DNA of 64,000 bases, taken from positions 13,082,001 to 13,146,000 of the forward strand of contig OZ024741.1 in NCBI GenBank assembly GCA_964016885.1, written 5' to 3'. The translations under genes and the position numbers were made by a program. Positions 1 to 11,456 of this stretch are shown here, piece after piece. The DNA is from Eledone cirrhosa (taxonomy: Eukaryota). Each line of letters starts with the position of its first letter. Position 1 is the stretch's first letter. Below the pieces are notes generated by a model. The model saw only the letters and a list, made by a program, of their open reading frames with translations. It did no database searches and was not told where the DNA came from.

Positions 1-268
1 AAGCAATTATTACACTACATCCAACACAACACCAGCATCACAGAAAAAGACTACACAACAACCCCAAAATTCACACCACCTCCACACATACAAATCACTC
101 GCATCACACAGAAAACGCACATGACACTAAAACAAAAAATTCCCCAAAGACATCGGAGACTTCCGACAAGCACTCTCCAGGAGGATTTATAAGGACATCC
201 TTCCTGAGGAGGCCACAAACAGTGAAAAGGATGGAAAAACCGTCCTTCCCCTACGAGAAGTAAGGTAA
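1..268 (+). pseudogene. C-terminal part of Tx1 ORF1, with an apparent frameshift
   Basis: KQLLHYIQHNTSITEKDY (frame 1) and RIYKDILPEEATNSEKDG...* (frame 2, TAA 266-268) align with copy 2 ORF1 end KKLMTYIIEHTDISQHDY...RRVYSDILTEE. Confidence 0.7.
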
Positions 269-302
269 GTGGTCTTTCCCATCTTTTCCACTCCTTTTCA
301 AC

Positions 303-3300
303 ATGACCTCACTCAGAATAGGCAGCATAAATGCGCGTGGCTTGGGGTCGTCATGGAAGCAGGGCCACCTGCTCAACGACCTCAGGTCACTAAACATAGA
401 TGTAGTGGCCATCAGCGAGACCAGAATCTCCGAAGCACAGGCTTTCGCACCGATCTTCGGCGGCTACGATGTGTACGCATCGCCCAGCCGTCCGGGATCG
501 GGGGGAGGAGTTCCTGTGCTTTTTAGGAGAGGTTTGGATCTTGCCATACGGGCCATCTTCCTGGACCCAGAAGGTAAGTTGGTGGTGCTGGACGTGACCA
601 GCGGAGACGGGCAAGCTTTCAGGTTAGTGGCCGTCTATGCCCCGACAGGAGCAGGGCTGCCTGATTTCTTCCGGCGTCTGGAGACCTTTCTTGGAACGTC
701 CCGCTCTTTAGTGTTAGTGGGCGACTGGAACGGGATCTTAGATGCACGCTGGGATTGTGTGGGATTAGTGTATAGGGAAGGAGGGTGCAATAGTCTCACC
801 AACCTGCTCAGACGTTTTGAACTGTCTGACAGGTACCGAATGGATTTCCCGAATGTACCAATGTGGACTTGGACAAATCGCATAGGGTCATCCAGATCAT
901 ATCTAGATAGAGTATTTTGTAGGGAAATAGATAGGTCTAGCATAGGCTGTCCACAATTCAAGATAGTCAGCTACACGGACCACAAATTCGTGATCTGTGT
1001 GCTTGACTTAGATAGGCTTCATAGACGAGGACCCGGCTACTGGAAGCTAAACGCGTCCTTACCAGCGCGCAAGGCCTACAGAGACCGGATTAGCGAACTA
1101 GTTAAGCGGGCGTTGACGGGGGCCATCGTCAACAACAAGTGGTGGTTTGCTCTGAAAAGAGCAATTAGAATAGAGTCCATTAGGTTTAGTAAGACTTTAG
1201 CAATAGAGAAAAATAGAGCAGAGGGAGAATTAGTTAGAAAATTAGATGAGGCGCTTAGCAAAGGAATCGCGACCGACGTACTTGCGGCGAAATTGGCCCT
1301 TGACCAATTCTTCAATGCAAAGCACGAAGGCTGCGTTGTCAGAGCTAGGGTGCGTGCTCTCAGACACGAGGGGACGAAAGCCGTTCAATGGGCCCGAGTG
1401 GCGGAGGCGCGTCGTGGCAACAAAGCCACGATCCGGGCTTTGGTGGACCACGACGGGCGCATGCTACTCGATCCCGGGCAAATGTGTGAAGCTTTTCAGC
1501 GACAATTCGCTCAACTGTTCGGGGGCAGTGGCGGGCCGGATCGAGGGATGGACTTTAGTGTCTACCTCGACGGACTGCCGCGGCTTTCGGCCACTGAGGC
1601 GGAGTGTTGCGAAAAGCCGATAACAACCGCTGAAGTACGGGATGCAATGACTAGTTGCACAAGGGGTAAATTGCCTGGTTTGGATGGTCTGCCCTATGAA
1701 CTTTACGTACAAATGCCAAACTTGTTCGGAGGCCTCTTGGCGGACGTCTACTGCAACTGGCAACAGAACGGGAGATTTCCCAGCTCTGTGAGCCGAGGAG
1801 CGGTGGCGCTGCTGAGAAAGGATCCGAACAAGGGGGATAACATAGATAATTTTAGGCCTATAACTCTGCTAAACACAGAGTTCAAGATTTTGGCCAAGGT
1901 GCTAGCAAAGAGGTTGGCGCTTGTCGTTGGTGGTCTGGTGGGAGAGGCACAGACATGCGCCATTCCCGACAGATCCATCCACGACAACCTCCACCTCATG
2001 CGATACATCGTAGAGAGGGTAGCTAGGGAACCTGGCACGGGTGGGTCTTTGATCAATTTAGATCAGTCGAAAGCCTTCGATAGGGTCGACCATCGTTACC
2101 TAGCGGCAGTCCTGAGGGCGGCTGGCTTTGGGCCCGTCTTCAGAGGCTGGATCGCTGCCATGCACAGCGACATCTGCTCTGAAGTGAGAGTGAACGGTCA
2201 TCTTTCGGAACCGTTCAACATCATGCGCTCGGTCCGCCAAGGATGTCCCCTCTCGTCCCTATTGTACGTATTGACTCTCGAGCCATTACTACACAAACTG
2301 GAGACGTTGAGGGGGGTCCCGCGCGAACTAGGATGCGGAAGATCCGTGTCAGCATATGCCGACGATGTCACCGTAGTGGTGTCGAACGCCAAACACATCG
2401 AGGCGATCGGCACTACACTAAGAGAATACGAAGCGGTGACAGGAGCAATGATCAACCAGGAAAAGTCAGTGGGCCTGCAGCTCGGCACCTGGAGAGGAAG
2501 GTCCATGCCGTCCAACAGCGTCGTCGGGCGCTGGACGGACGGACCGGTTAAATTGCTAGGGGTCTGGTTCGGTCCAGACCTCCAGACGGACAAACACTGG
2601 GACGAGGTGACGAGCAGGGTGGCTTTTCTCACCCAGAAATGGGCCGAGAGGAAGCTATCCCTGAAAGGTCGAGCGGAGGTGGCGAATGCGTACATCGCAT
2701 CCGTCATCTACTACCGCCTGACCGTCGTACCTTGTCCTAAGCCCCGCCTGACTGCGCTGGAGCGTTTGCTCTTTCGCTTCTTGTGGAAGGGACGCGCTCC
2801 AATGGTCAGGCGGTCCATCTGCTGTCAACACCCGCTACGTGGAGGGCTGGGCATGCCGTGGCTGATGATGCGCAGACACGCGCTCAGGCTACGACATCTC
2901 CACCTCTTCCTCGACGGTTATCAGGTGTGGTCGCCGTTTGCTAGACACGTTTTTCCCCAGCTCGTCTCCTTGACGGAGCTGCAGTCCTGGGTCAAGCGAA
3001 GATCGAGAGGGAGCGCTTGGAGACTGGAATGTCTTCAGGCGCTCACAGCCCTCGACCAATCGGGCAATGTGATCGGTGGAAACTCCACCTTGGCGTTCTA
3101 TAGGGGATTAGTGGAGGGGAAGAGCGACGACGTACTTGGAGAAACTCTAGGCGTCGACGAAAATCAACTAGCCAATCTCTTCGGAAGAACTTTCGGGCCA
3201 GGGCCTATGGACAACTTCCAGAAATCCCTTGTCTGGCAGTGCTACCGAGGAGCTTTGCCAGTTCGGGATAAACTCTACAGGCATGGAGGTGCCGTCAGCC

Positions 3301-3722
3301 GGGCATGTCCGAGATGCGCGCAGGGCGACGAAACCGTCCTGCACGCACTCGTCCAGTGTCCGAGCATTGCTGACTTGTGGGTTTATGTCGAACACCTGCT
3401 GTCACGTGTAGGACGGATCCAGCTATCAGCTGAGTCCATCGTGAGGATTGCCCCGCCCCCTTCCTTTAGCCGGGAAGGGCAGGCAGTTTTTATCTGTCTG
3501 GTGGCCATGGCGAAAGAGATAGTATGGTGGACACGTTTGAAAGTGCTGAAGACGAGCACTTACCTCTTCGGTGATGCCCTGATTAACTTTTTCAAATTTC
3601 ATTTGAAAAGGAAAATCAGGGTAGAGAGGGAAGTGCTCTCTTCCCAGCATTTTGTTGAAAGATGGGTGAGAGAAGCAAGTATGGCCCGAATGAATGGGCC
3701 TTCTCTGAGTATGTGTCTGTAA
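303..3722 (+). CDS. Intact Tx1/L1 ORF2: APE endonuclease + reverse transcriptase + C-terminal CCHC, 1139 aa
   Basis: APE motifs SINARGL, SET, VYAP, GDWN, YLDR, TDH; RT motifs PGLDG, FRPITLLN, LDQSKAFDRV, QGCPLS, YADD; CPRC...ETVLHALVQC. Confidence 0.96.
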   Translation: MTSLRIGSINARGLGSSWKQGHLLNDLRSLNIDVVAISETRISEAQAFAPIFGGYDVYASPSRPGSGGGVPVLFRRGLDLAIRAIFLDPEGKLVVLDVTSGDGQAFRLVAVYAPTGAGLPDFFRRLETFLGTSRSLVLVGDWNGILDARWDCVGLVYREGGCNSLTNLLRRFELSDRYRMDFPNVPMWTWTNRIGSSRSYLDRVFCREIDRSSIGCPQFKIVSYTDHKFVICVLDLDRLHRRGPGYWKLNASLPARKAYRDRISELVKRALTGAIVNNKWWFALKRAIRIESIRFSKTLAIEKNRAEGELVRKLDEALSKGIATDVLAAKLALDQFFNAKHEGCVVRARVRALRHEGTKAVQWARVAEARRGNKATIRALVDHDGRMLLDPGQMCEAFQRQFAQLFGGSGGPDRGMDFSVYLDGLPRLSATEAECCEKPITTAEVRDAMTSCTRGKLPGLDGLPYELYVQMPNLFGGLLADVYCNWQQNGRFPSSVSRGAVALLRKDPNKGDNIDNFRPITLLNTEFKILAKVLAKRLALVVGGLVGEAQTCAIPDRSIHDNLHLMRYIVERVAREPGTGGSLINLDQSKAFDRVDHRYLAAVLRAAGFGPVFRGWIAAMHSDICSEVRVNGHLSEPFNIMRSVRQGCPLSSLLYVLTLEPLLHKLETLRGVPRELGCGRSVSAYADDVTVVVSNAKHIEAIGTTLREYEAVTGAMINQEKSVGLQLGTWRGRSMPSNSVVGRWTDGPVKLLGVWFGPDLQTDKHWDEVTSRVAFLTQKWAERKLSLKGRAEVANAYIASVIYYRLTVVPCPKPRLTALERLLFRFLWKGRAPMVRRSICCQHPLRGGLGMPWLMMRRHALRLRHLHLFLDGYQVWSPFARHVFPQLVSLTELQSWVKRRSRGSAWRLECLQALTALDQSGNVIGGNSTLAFYRGLVEGKSDDVLGETLGVDENQLANLFGRTFGPGPMDNFQKSLVWQCYRGALPVRDKLYRHGGAVSRACPRCAQGDETVLHALVQCPSIADLWVYVEHLLSRVGRIQLSAESIVRIAPPPSFSREGQAVFICLVAMAKEIVWWTRLKVLKTSTYLFGDALINFFKFHLKRKIRVEREVLSSQHFVERWVREASMARMNGPSLSMCL

Positions 3723-3963
3723 ATTAAAGGTGGAAAACTGGGAGAGGGCACTTGCCCTGGTGGTCAGGGCCACTGTGGTCTTTTAATGGGCTTTCTCCAC
3801 AAATGTCCCTTGGAAGTCTCCCCCTATTGGGGAATTTTTCTTTGTTATTTTATTTCAACCTCTGTTTTTTTACGCGCAGAAATGCCCATTTGTACCGTCC
3901 TGTATTGTCCTGTACTGTCCTTAATGTCTACTTTATGTGAACCCTTGTGGTTAATAAAGAAAA

Positions 3964-3965
<2 letters not shown>

Positions 3966-4021
<56 letters not shown>
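3966..4021. repeat. (ATT)n microsatellite between Tx1 copies 1 and 2
   Basis: About 18 perfect ATT units. Confidence 0.97.
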
Positions 4022-4238
4022 GAATGCCATGGTTGACGGAGGTTCGGCTCTGTAAGGTATAGTAATTTTTAACCGTTATAACAATTGTAAATTGTTTAAA
4101 ACTTGAACCGAATTGTAAATAAAGACACCATCCTCCTCGTGAGAGGGGTCTTTCTGTCCGTTATTTGGCCCTTCGGGGTTAAATAACCAGTTATTGGGGT
4201 TTTGTGCCTAATATTCATTTTAAACCGTAAAAAAAAAC

Positions 4239-4621
4239 ATGGCTACAAAACATAATTTTCACAAGTCACTCCCACTCATTCCGTCTTCTTCTTCCTCAAT
4301 CGTCATTACGTCAGAGAAAAGATTGCCTCTCACCCTCCCTTCTCTAAATGTGGTGTCGCCTCTGTCGCCTCTTTCGCAAGCGACACTATTAAAGAAAAAG
4401 AAAAATGTAGTTTCTCGTAGCGTTCTTCATCAAGAGAATGCGTGTACCGTGGAACATTTCTCCACGACGACGACAACGACGAAAGATGTGTGCGGTAAAT
4501 ACGGAAAGCCATTTCATTCGTCTGACGTCATGAAGAATAGCAGCAGCAGCAACAGTGGCGAGGAAAATATTAGTAGCAGCCGCAACAACATCAGCAGCAG
4601 TATAAACAACAACAGCAGCAA

Positions 4622-4653
<32 letters not shown>

Positions 4654-6297
4654 ACAACCACAGCAACAGCGGCAGCGACAGTCGTAGTACCAGCAGCAAC
4701 AACAAAAGTAACAGCAGCTCTGACGACAACAACAACAACAACAAGAAAGAAAAACCAATCTCGTTTGCAGGTATCGCAAAGAGCCTGGAAACCATCCTTA
4801 TAACAAATGAGGAATTACAGGAAGCAAAGAAGATGGTGACGAAAACCGGACACCGAGCAATCTGCAAGGCAGCCGAAAAATGTTTCGAAACCCAACAGCA
4901 CTGTACGGTCACGTACCGTACAGTAAGCACAAAATCACGTAGGGTTGAAAGAGCCGCAGAGGCTCAAATACAAAAAGCCTTAGGGTCTGTGTGGCAGCGG
5001 AAAAGGCATATCACCAGAGGTAAGAAATATGCCACCGTGTATGTGCTTTTTGCCACACCCCAGGAAGCAAAGGCTCAATCCTTAGTGACCCTAAGGAGCG
5101 AGGAAATGGTGTTGGTGCCCTCTTACTGCGGGCAAAGAATTGTGAGGGTCAAACTGACCCCAGTGCCCCCCCCCCCCTCCCGGGATGGCCCCTTCTTGGC
5201 TGGCCGCGTCTGTCCTCGTCGGAATCGAGGACAAAACAACCGTACTGCAAGTACAGAAAAAAGTACGAGAAGATTGGGTCGGCATCTCCATTGAGATGTT
5301 AATTCAAACCAACCAGGAGTGCATCGAAGCTATCCCGGATGTGATTGACTTCGATAACGGCACTCAACTTCCCATAAGTGTTGAGGGCAAACGCCCGAAA
5401 TGCATTCGCTGTGGGCCGAAGTCTTACCTCAGGGCCTTCTGCAATGAAAAGAGCCTGAAAAAGGAGAAAACCCCCCTCCTTCCGAAACTGGCTCCACTGC
5501 TACCAGCAACAGGACAGGCGGCAAGCAGGTAGGATAGGTCCGTGGCACCCATACCCACGCCACGGAAATGAAGAATAGCAGCAACAGTGGAAGTATTAAC
5601 AACAACAACAGTAATACCAACTGCAACTGCAACAGAGACTCCACTGCAACCATCACCAACAAGAACAAGTGAAAGAGTGTAGCTGGTACCCCTCCCCGAC
5701 CTCACAGATTCGGACATGGAGTGTGAGGTAGGAGAGGGATGGCAAAAGGTCGCAAGAAGACTCAAACGCAGAAGCAGCGCATCGTCGCCTTCGAAAAGGG
5801 AGGGAAGAAATGAAAAAAGGGTAAAGGCTACTGCAAAGAGACTCACAGCAGCAACACCACCAACACCATCACCACCCACACTAGCACTACCATCACCACC
5901 GGCGGAAACCCCACCGCCAACAAAAACAACACCTTCAACACCACCACCACAAGCACCAACATCGCAAACACAACAACAAAACACACACAGCCAGCAACGA
6001 CAAGAAAATAGCAGAACCACACCTCACCCCCAGAAAAAGAAATGCACTGCAATAAATACACACAACAAGAAACTAATGACTTACATAATTGAACACACAG
6101 ACATTTCACAGCACGACTACATAATACCAGCACCAATCAAAACACCAACGAACATAAGACTGGTAAGAATATCACAGAAACAATACATAGGACGGACACT
6201 CAACCGGAGAGTATACTCGGATATACTCACAGAAGAGCCGACCACCAGCCGAAGGGACGATTCAACGGTCCCTTCACCAGACGATCAAGGTAAGTGA
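4239..6297 (+). pseudogene. Tx1 ORF1 (gag-like), frameshifted and stop-containing
   Basis: ORF pieces 4239-5294, 5185-5532 and 5716-6297; poly-S/N region, SFA motif, degenerate knuckle CIRCGPKSYLRAFC, GWQKV motif. Confidence 0.8.
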
Positions 6298-6329
6298 TCC
6301 TTTTTCACTTGCCCCGTTCCTCACTCAAC

Positions 6330-9170
6330 ATGGCCGTATTCAGGATCGGAAGTGTGAACGTGCGTGGCTTGAGCTCGGTTTGGAAGCAGGGTCACCTGCT
6401 TAACGACCTCAGGTCACTAAACATAGATGTGGTGGCCATCAGCGAGACGAGAATCTCCGAAACGCAAGCCTTCGCACCGATCTTCGACGGTTACGAGGTG
6501 TACGCATCTCGGAGCAGTCGGGGAGCGGGGGGGGGGAGTGGCTGTGTTGTTTCGGAAAGGCTTGGGTCTCGCCATACGGACCATCTTCCTGGACCCAAAA
6601 GGTAAGTCGGTGGTGCTGGACGTAAGCGGCACCGAAGGCAACGCTTTCAGGCTAGTAGCCGTCTATGTCCCGACAGGGACAGGACGGCCAGATTTCTTCA
6701 GACGTCTAGAGACCTCTCTTGGAACGTCCCGCTCTTTAGAGTTAGTGGGCGACTGGAACGGTATCTTGGATGCACGCTGGGATTGTGTGGGGCTAGTGGA
6801 TAGGGGAGGAGGGTGCAAGAACCTCACCAACCTGCTCAGACGTTTTGAACTGTCTGACAGGTATCGACTGGATAACCCGAATGTGCCAATGTAGACATGG
6901 ACAAACCGCATCGGGTCATCCAGATCGTATCTCGATAGGGTATTCTGCAGAGAACTAGATAAGGCTAGTATAAGTTGTCCACAATTTAAATTAGTCGACT
7001 ACACAGACCACAAATTTGTGATCTGTGAGATCGACATAGACAGACTTCATAGACAAGGGCCCGGTTACTGGAAGCTGAACGCGTCTTTCCCGGCGCGCAA
7101 AGCGTACAGAGACCGGATTAGCGTATTAGTTAAGCGGGCGTTGACGGGAGCGGTCGTCAACAAGAGGTGGTGGTTCGCCCTGAAAAGGGCAATTAAAGTA
7201 GAGTAGATTAGGTTTAGCAAAGGAGTAGTGATAGAGGAAAATAGAGTAGAGGGAGAGCTAATCAGAAAGTTAGAAGAGGCGTTTAGGACAGGCATCGCAA
7301 CCGACGTGCTTGCGGCGAGATTGGCACTCGACCAATTCTTCAACGCAAAACACGAAGGCTGCGTTGTCAGAGCTAGAGCGCGTGCTCTGAAACACGAGGG
7401 GACAAAAGCCGTCCAATGGGCCCGGGTGGCAGAGGTGCGACGTGGCAACAAAGCCACAATTCGGTCTTTGTCTGACCAAAACGGGTGCGTATTGCTGAGC
7501 AGATGTGTGAAGCTTTTCAACAGCACTTTGCTGAACTGTTCGGGAGCAGCGGCGGCCCGGATCGGGGCATGGACTTCAGTGCGTACCTCGACGGACTGCC
7601 TCGGCTCTCGACAACCGCAGCACAGTGTTGCGAAAAGCCAATAACAGCTGGTGAAATACGGGAAGCGATGGCTAACTGCACGAGGGGTAAATCGCCAGGT
7701 TTGGATGGTCTGCCCTACGAGCTTTATGCCAGACTTGTTCGGTGACCTCTTGGCAGTCGTCTACTGCAACTGGCAGTAGAATGGGAGCATTCCCAGTTTT
7801 GTGATCCGGGGAGCGGTGGTGCTGCTGAGAAAAGACCCGAACAAGGGGGATGTTATCGATAATTTCAGGCCCATAACCCTGCTAAACGCAGAGTTCAAGA
7901 TTTTGGCCAAGGTGTTAGCAACGAGGTTGGCGCTTGTCGTCAAGGGTCTGGTGAGAGAGGCGCAGACATGCGCCATTCCAGACAGATCCATACACGACAA
8001 CCTCCACCTCATGCGATACATCATAGAGAGGGTGGTTAAGGAACCTGGCACGGGTGGGGCCCTGATCAACTTGGATCAATCCAAAGCATTCGATAAAGTC
8101 GACCATCGCTAACTGGCGGCGGTCCTCGAAGCAGCCGGTTTCGGGCCCGTTTTCAGGGGTTGGATCGCTGCGATGTATAGCGACATCTGTTCAGTTGTGA
8201 GGGTGAACGGTCACCTGTCGCAGCCGTTCAGCATCATGCGCTCGGTCCGCCAGGGTTGTCCCCTCTCATCCCTCTTGTACGTATTGGCTCTCGAGCCGTT
8301 ACTGCACAAACTGGGGGTGATGAGGGGCGTCCCACGCGAACTAGGATGCGGGAAATCTGAGTCGGCTTACGCTCTCAAGGAATACGAAGTGGTGACAGGA
8401 GAAAAGATAAACCAGGAAAAGTCGGTGGGCTTGCAGCTCAGCACCTGGAAAGGCAAGTCCATGCCGTCCGACAGCGTCGTGGGGCGTTGGACGGACGGAA
8501 CGGTTAAATTGCTCGGGGTCTGATTCGGACCGGAACTCCAGATGGAGAAAAACTGGAACGAGGTGACGAGCAGGGTGGCCTCCCTCACCCAGAAATGGGC
8601 CGAGAGGAAGATGTCCCTGAAAGGCCGGGCGGAGGTGGTGAATGCGTACATCGCATCCGTAATCTGCTACCGCCTCATCGTCGTCCCTTGCCCCGGCCCA
8701 ACTCTCACCAAAATGGAGCGCCTCCTCTTCCGCTTTTTGTTGAAGGGACGCGCTCCCATGGTCAGACGATCCATCTGCTGTCAACACCCGTTGCGTGAAG
8801 GACTGGGCATTCCATGGCTGATGATGTGCAAACATGCGCTGAGGCTGCAACATCTCTGGTGCTTCCTTGACGGTGAACAGGTGTGGTCGCCGTTCGCCAG
8901 GCACGTTTTCCCACAGCTCGTCTCCTTGACGGAGCTGCAGTCCTGGGTCAGGGAAAAACCGAGGGATAGCGCTTGGAAACTGGAATGTCTCCAGGCGCTC
9001 ACTGCCCTCTGCCAGCTGGGCACCAGTATCGGTGGAACATCCAGCGCGGCGTTCTTTAGAGGACTAGTGGAGGGGAAGAGCGACGACGTTCTCGGAGAGA
9101 TCCTGGGCGTCGAAGAAGATCAGTTGTTTGCTCTCTTCCAGAGAACTTTCAGCTCAGTGCCTATGGATTT
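6330..9170 (+). pseudogene. Tx1 ORF2 pseudogene (APE-RT)
   Basis: MAVFRIGSVNVRGL start; frameshifts and stops; catalytic YADD deleted (reads SAYALKEY at ~8361-8385). Confidence 0.92.
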
Positions 9171-9225
9171 CTCAATTTTTCATATCATAGAATTAATCAG
9201 TTACTTCGCTTGTTCTTTTCCTCAT

Positions 9226-9413
9226 AGGATTGGCAGTATCGGTAAAGGGTCGGACGCCATGCTTTGCAGCAAAGAGTTACGGCCCTTTATGGTCTAAGTT
9301 CAAATCCCGCCGAGGTTAACTTTGCCTTTCATCCTTATGGGGTCGATAAAATAAAGTACCAGTAATGTACTGGGTAATTACTGGCCTTGTGCCAAAAGTA
9401 GAAACAATTATTT
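9226..9413 (+). mobile_element. tRNA-headed SINE, family S1 (Meta/MESC-domain-like body)
   Basis: A-box-like TGGCAGTATCGG, B-box-like GTTCAAATCC, body actttgcctttcatccttacggggtcgataaaataaagtaccag, short (ATT) tail; about 10 copies in the window. The domain name is from recall. Confidence 0.82.
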
Positions 9414-9579
9414 CTTTAGTACCAAGAAGAATAACTCTCATGTTTGTCAGTAAAATTCACTTATTATCTCCCCTGTAACATATTTATATCTTATTCTTAC
9501 TATTTTCTTTTGAGCAGTATTTTTCTGTTGAAGAAGCTTTAGTTTCAGTCATTGCTCTTTCGGTTTCCACCAACTTCCC

Positions 9580-10077
9580 TGTCACCACAGTGCCGGCCGC
9601 ATTCCACGCCATGCTGCCCTCAACGAGGTCATAAAGCATGGCTTGGACGCTGCAGGCTTCCCTTCCCAGCTCGAGCCGGTGCGGCTGGACCGAGGGGACG
9701 GCATGACCAACTTCCCTTTCCGCGGTAGCAAACCCCTCGTCTGGGATGACATTTGCAGTGACACTTTCTCCAGCGGCAACCTGGTGCAGTCTGCGACTAA
9801 CCCAGGTAATGCTGCACGTCGGGATGAGGAGGCCAAACTCCTCAAATACCGGTCGCTCTTCGACAAGTTTGCGGTCGTACCCTTTGCAGTGGAGACTTCT
9901 GGTGTCCTCGGCCCTAGGGCTACCTCCCTACTCACCACCATAGCCGCTGAGCTGGCCAACCGCAGGTGTGAGCCTAGCGAGTTGGAGTGGCTTTTCCAGC
10001 GCGTCTCCCTTGCCGTCCACCGGGGAAACGCCTTCTCTATTCTGTCCGTCGGGGCTGTGGGGAGGCCACCAATATGA
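9580..10077 (+). pseudogene. 3' fragment of a CRE-clade-like LINE (RLE domain)
   Basis: RHAALNEVIK...LEP...PLVWD...KLLKY...PFAVETSG...QRVSLAVHRGNA is the typical CRE-type RLE end; the expected KRPDG is absent. Confidence 0.78.
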
Positions 10078-10479
10078 TTGACTGACTTGTCTTTTTATCA
10101 GTCAGATGTTATAATCGAGATTGGTATTTATACATTTTTGGTTCTGTATTGTTTCAGTCATTATCGCCATTTGTAGGTGTAGTCGCCATGGATTCCACAA
10201 CATTACAATATTAAACCAGTAGCCATGGACGACAAAGTGTGACAGACACTTTTATTTCACATGCGAGTGGTTCGTTGTTTAACCCTAGCTTATCTCTCCT
10301 ATTGCAGCCATATATAAAGTAGACACATACAAGCCACCGCACAGTCATATTCAGCACATATATGTACCTTGGGTTTATTGTAAAGTGTCCATTAAATGTC
10401 TTGTGCACCCCAGTAAAACAATAGATGTTCTCTGCGTAGACATAGTCAGATAAGTCAGCTGTTGTGATTCCATTCACGT

Positions 10480-10718
10480 CTACTACACACACACACACAC
10501 ACACACATACATACAAACATTCATTCATACATACACACATACATAAAGATACATACATACACATACATACATACATTCATTCATACATACATACATACAC
10601 ACACACACATATACATACTCACATACACAAACATATAAACATACACACACATACATACACACATACATACATACACACACACATACATACCCACATACAT
10701 ACATACGTACATACATAC
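10480..10718. repeat. Compound (CA)n/(TACA)n microsatellite
   Basis: Direct inspection. Confidence 0.95.
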
Positions 10719-11132
10719 ATGGTGGCTGCCAACTCGTTTTCGAGTACGGCCACTACTTTATATCCATGTAGGAGAACCCCTACCGATGCGCTAAACAAGT
10801 GTGACTTTTTAGTCCAGCCAGCGACTTGAAAACTCTGGTACAAACACTACACCAGTGACAATTATTGACACATAGTGCTGGGCCCATGGCACCATGTGAC
10901 GACAAGTGCAGAGAGATCTCCAGATATAAAGCAATGCCTGTGCAGTGAAGCTTTTATAGTGAGCAAAGGCACTGCACAAAGCCAGTCCCACTCTCTTAAC
11001 CAAGATGATATTTACCAAAAAGAAGAACAAGTCAACATCATTGGATACCATCAGAGTTGCAGGTGTTATATCAGAGTTTTCTTTCTCCTAGAATTCTGTC
11101 TTGACAAAGGCTAAGGGGGTCATCTCATCCGG
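10719..11132 (-). mobile_element. Bipartite non-autonomous RTE derivative, family B1, copy A (5'-truncated)
   Basis: High identity to 22801-23212; RTE 5'UTR-like aggagaaRgaaaactctgat fused to an RTE C2H2-finger 3' end; (GTAT)n tail. Confidence 0.85.
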
Positions 11133-11196
11133 ATATATATATACATACATACATACATACATACATACATACATACATACACACATATATATACAC

Positions 11197-11456
11197 ATGG
11201 TGGCTACCAACTCGTTTTCGAGTACGGCCACTGCTTTATATCCATGTAGGAGAACCCCTACCGATGCGCTGAACGAGTGTGACTTTTTAGTCCAGCCAGC
11301 GACTTGAAAACTCTGGTACAAACACTACACCTGTGACAATTATTGACACATAGTTCTGGGCCCATGGTACCATGTGACGACAAGTGCAGAGAGATCTCCA
11401 GATATAAAGCAATGCCTGTGCCGTGAAGCTTTTATAGTGAGAAAAGGCACTGCACA
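11197..11456 (-). mobile_element. Family B1 copy B (more truncated)
   Basis: Matches the 3' ~260 bp of B1; flanked by (TACA)n. Confidence 0.85.

Larger units (their letters stand above)
1..3965 (+). mobile_element. L1/Tx1-clade non-LTR retrotransposon, copy 1 (5' part lies outside the window)
   Basis: ORF1 tail, intact APE-RT ORF2, ~240-bp 3' UTR ending ttAATAAAgaaaac, then (ATT)n; homologous to three other copies in the window. Confidence 0.93.
4022..9170 (+). mobile_element. Tx1-clade LINE copy 2: 5' UTR, ORF1 and disrupted, 3'-truncated ORF2
   Basis: ORF2 DNA is closely colinear with 303-3210; homology stops at ...cctatgga (~9168). Confidence 0.92.

Noticed and set aside
4121-4153. TCCTCGT as the L3 loop of an HDV-like ribozyme in the Tx1 5' UTR
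   Set aside because: P3, P1 and P2 pairings could not be built; a simple hairpin explains it
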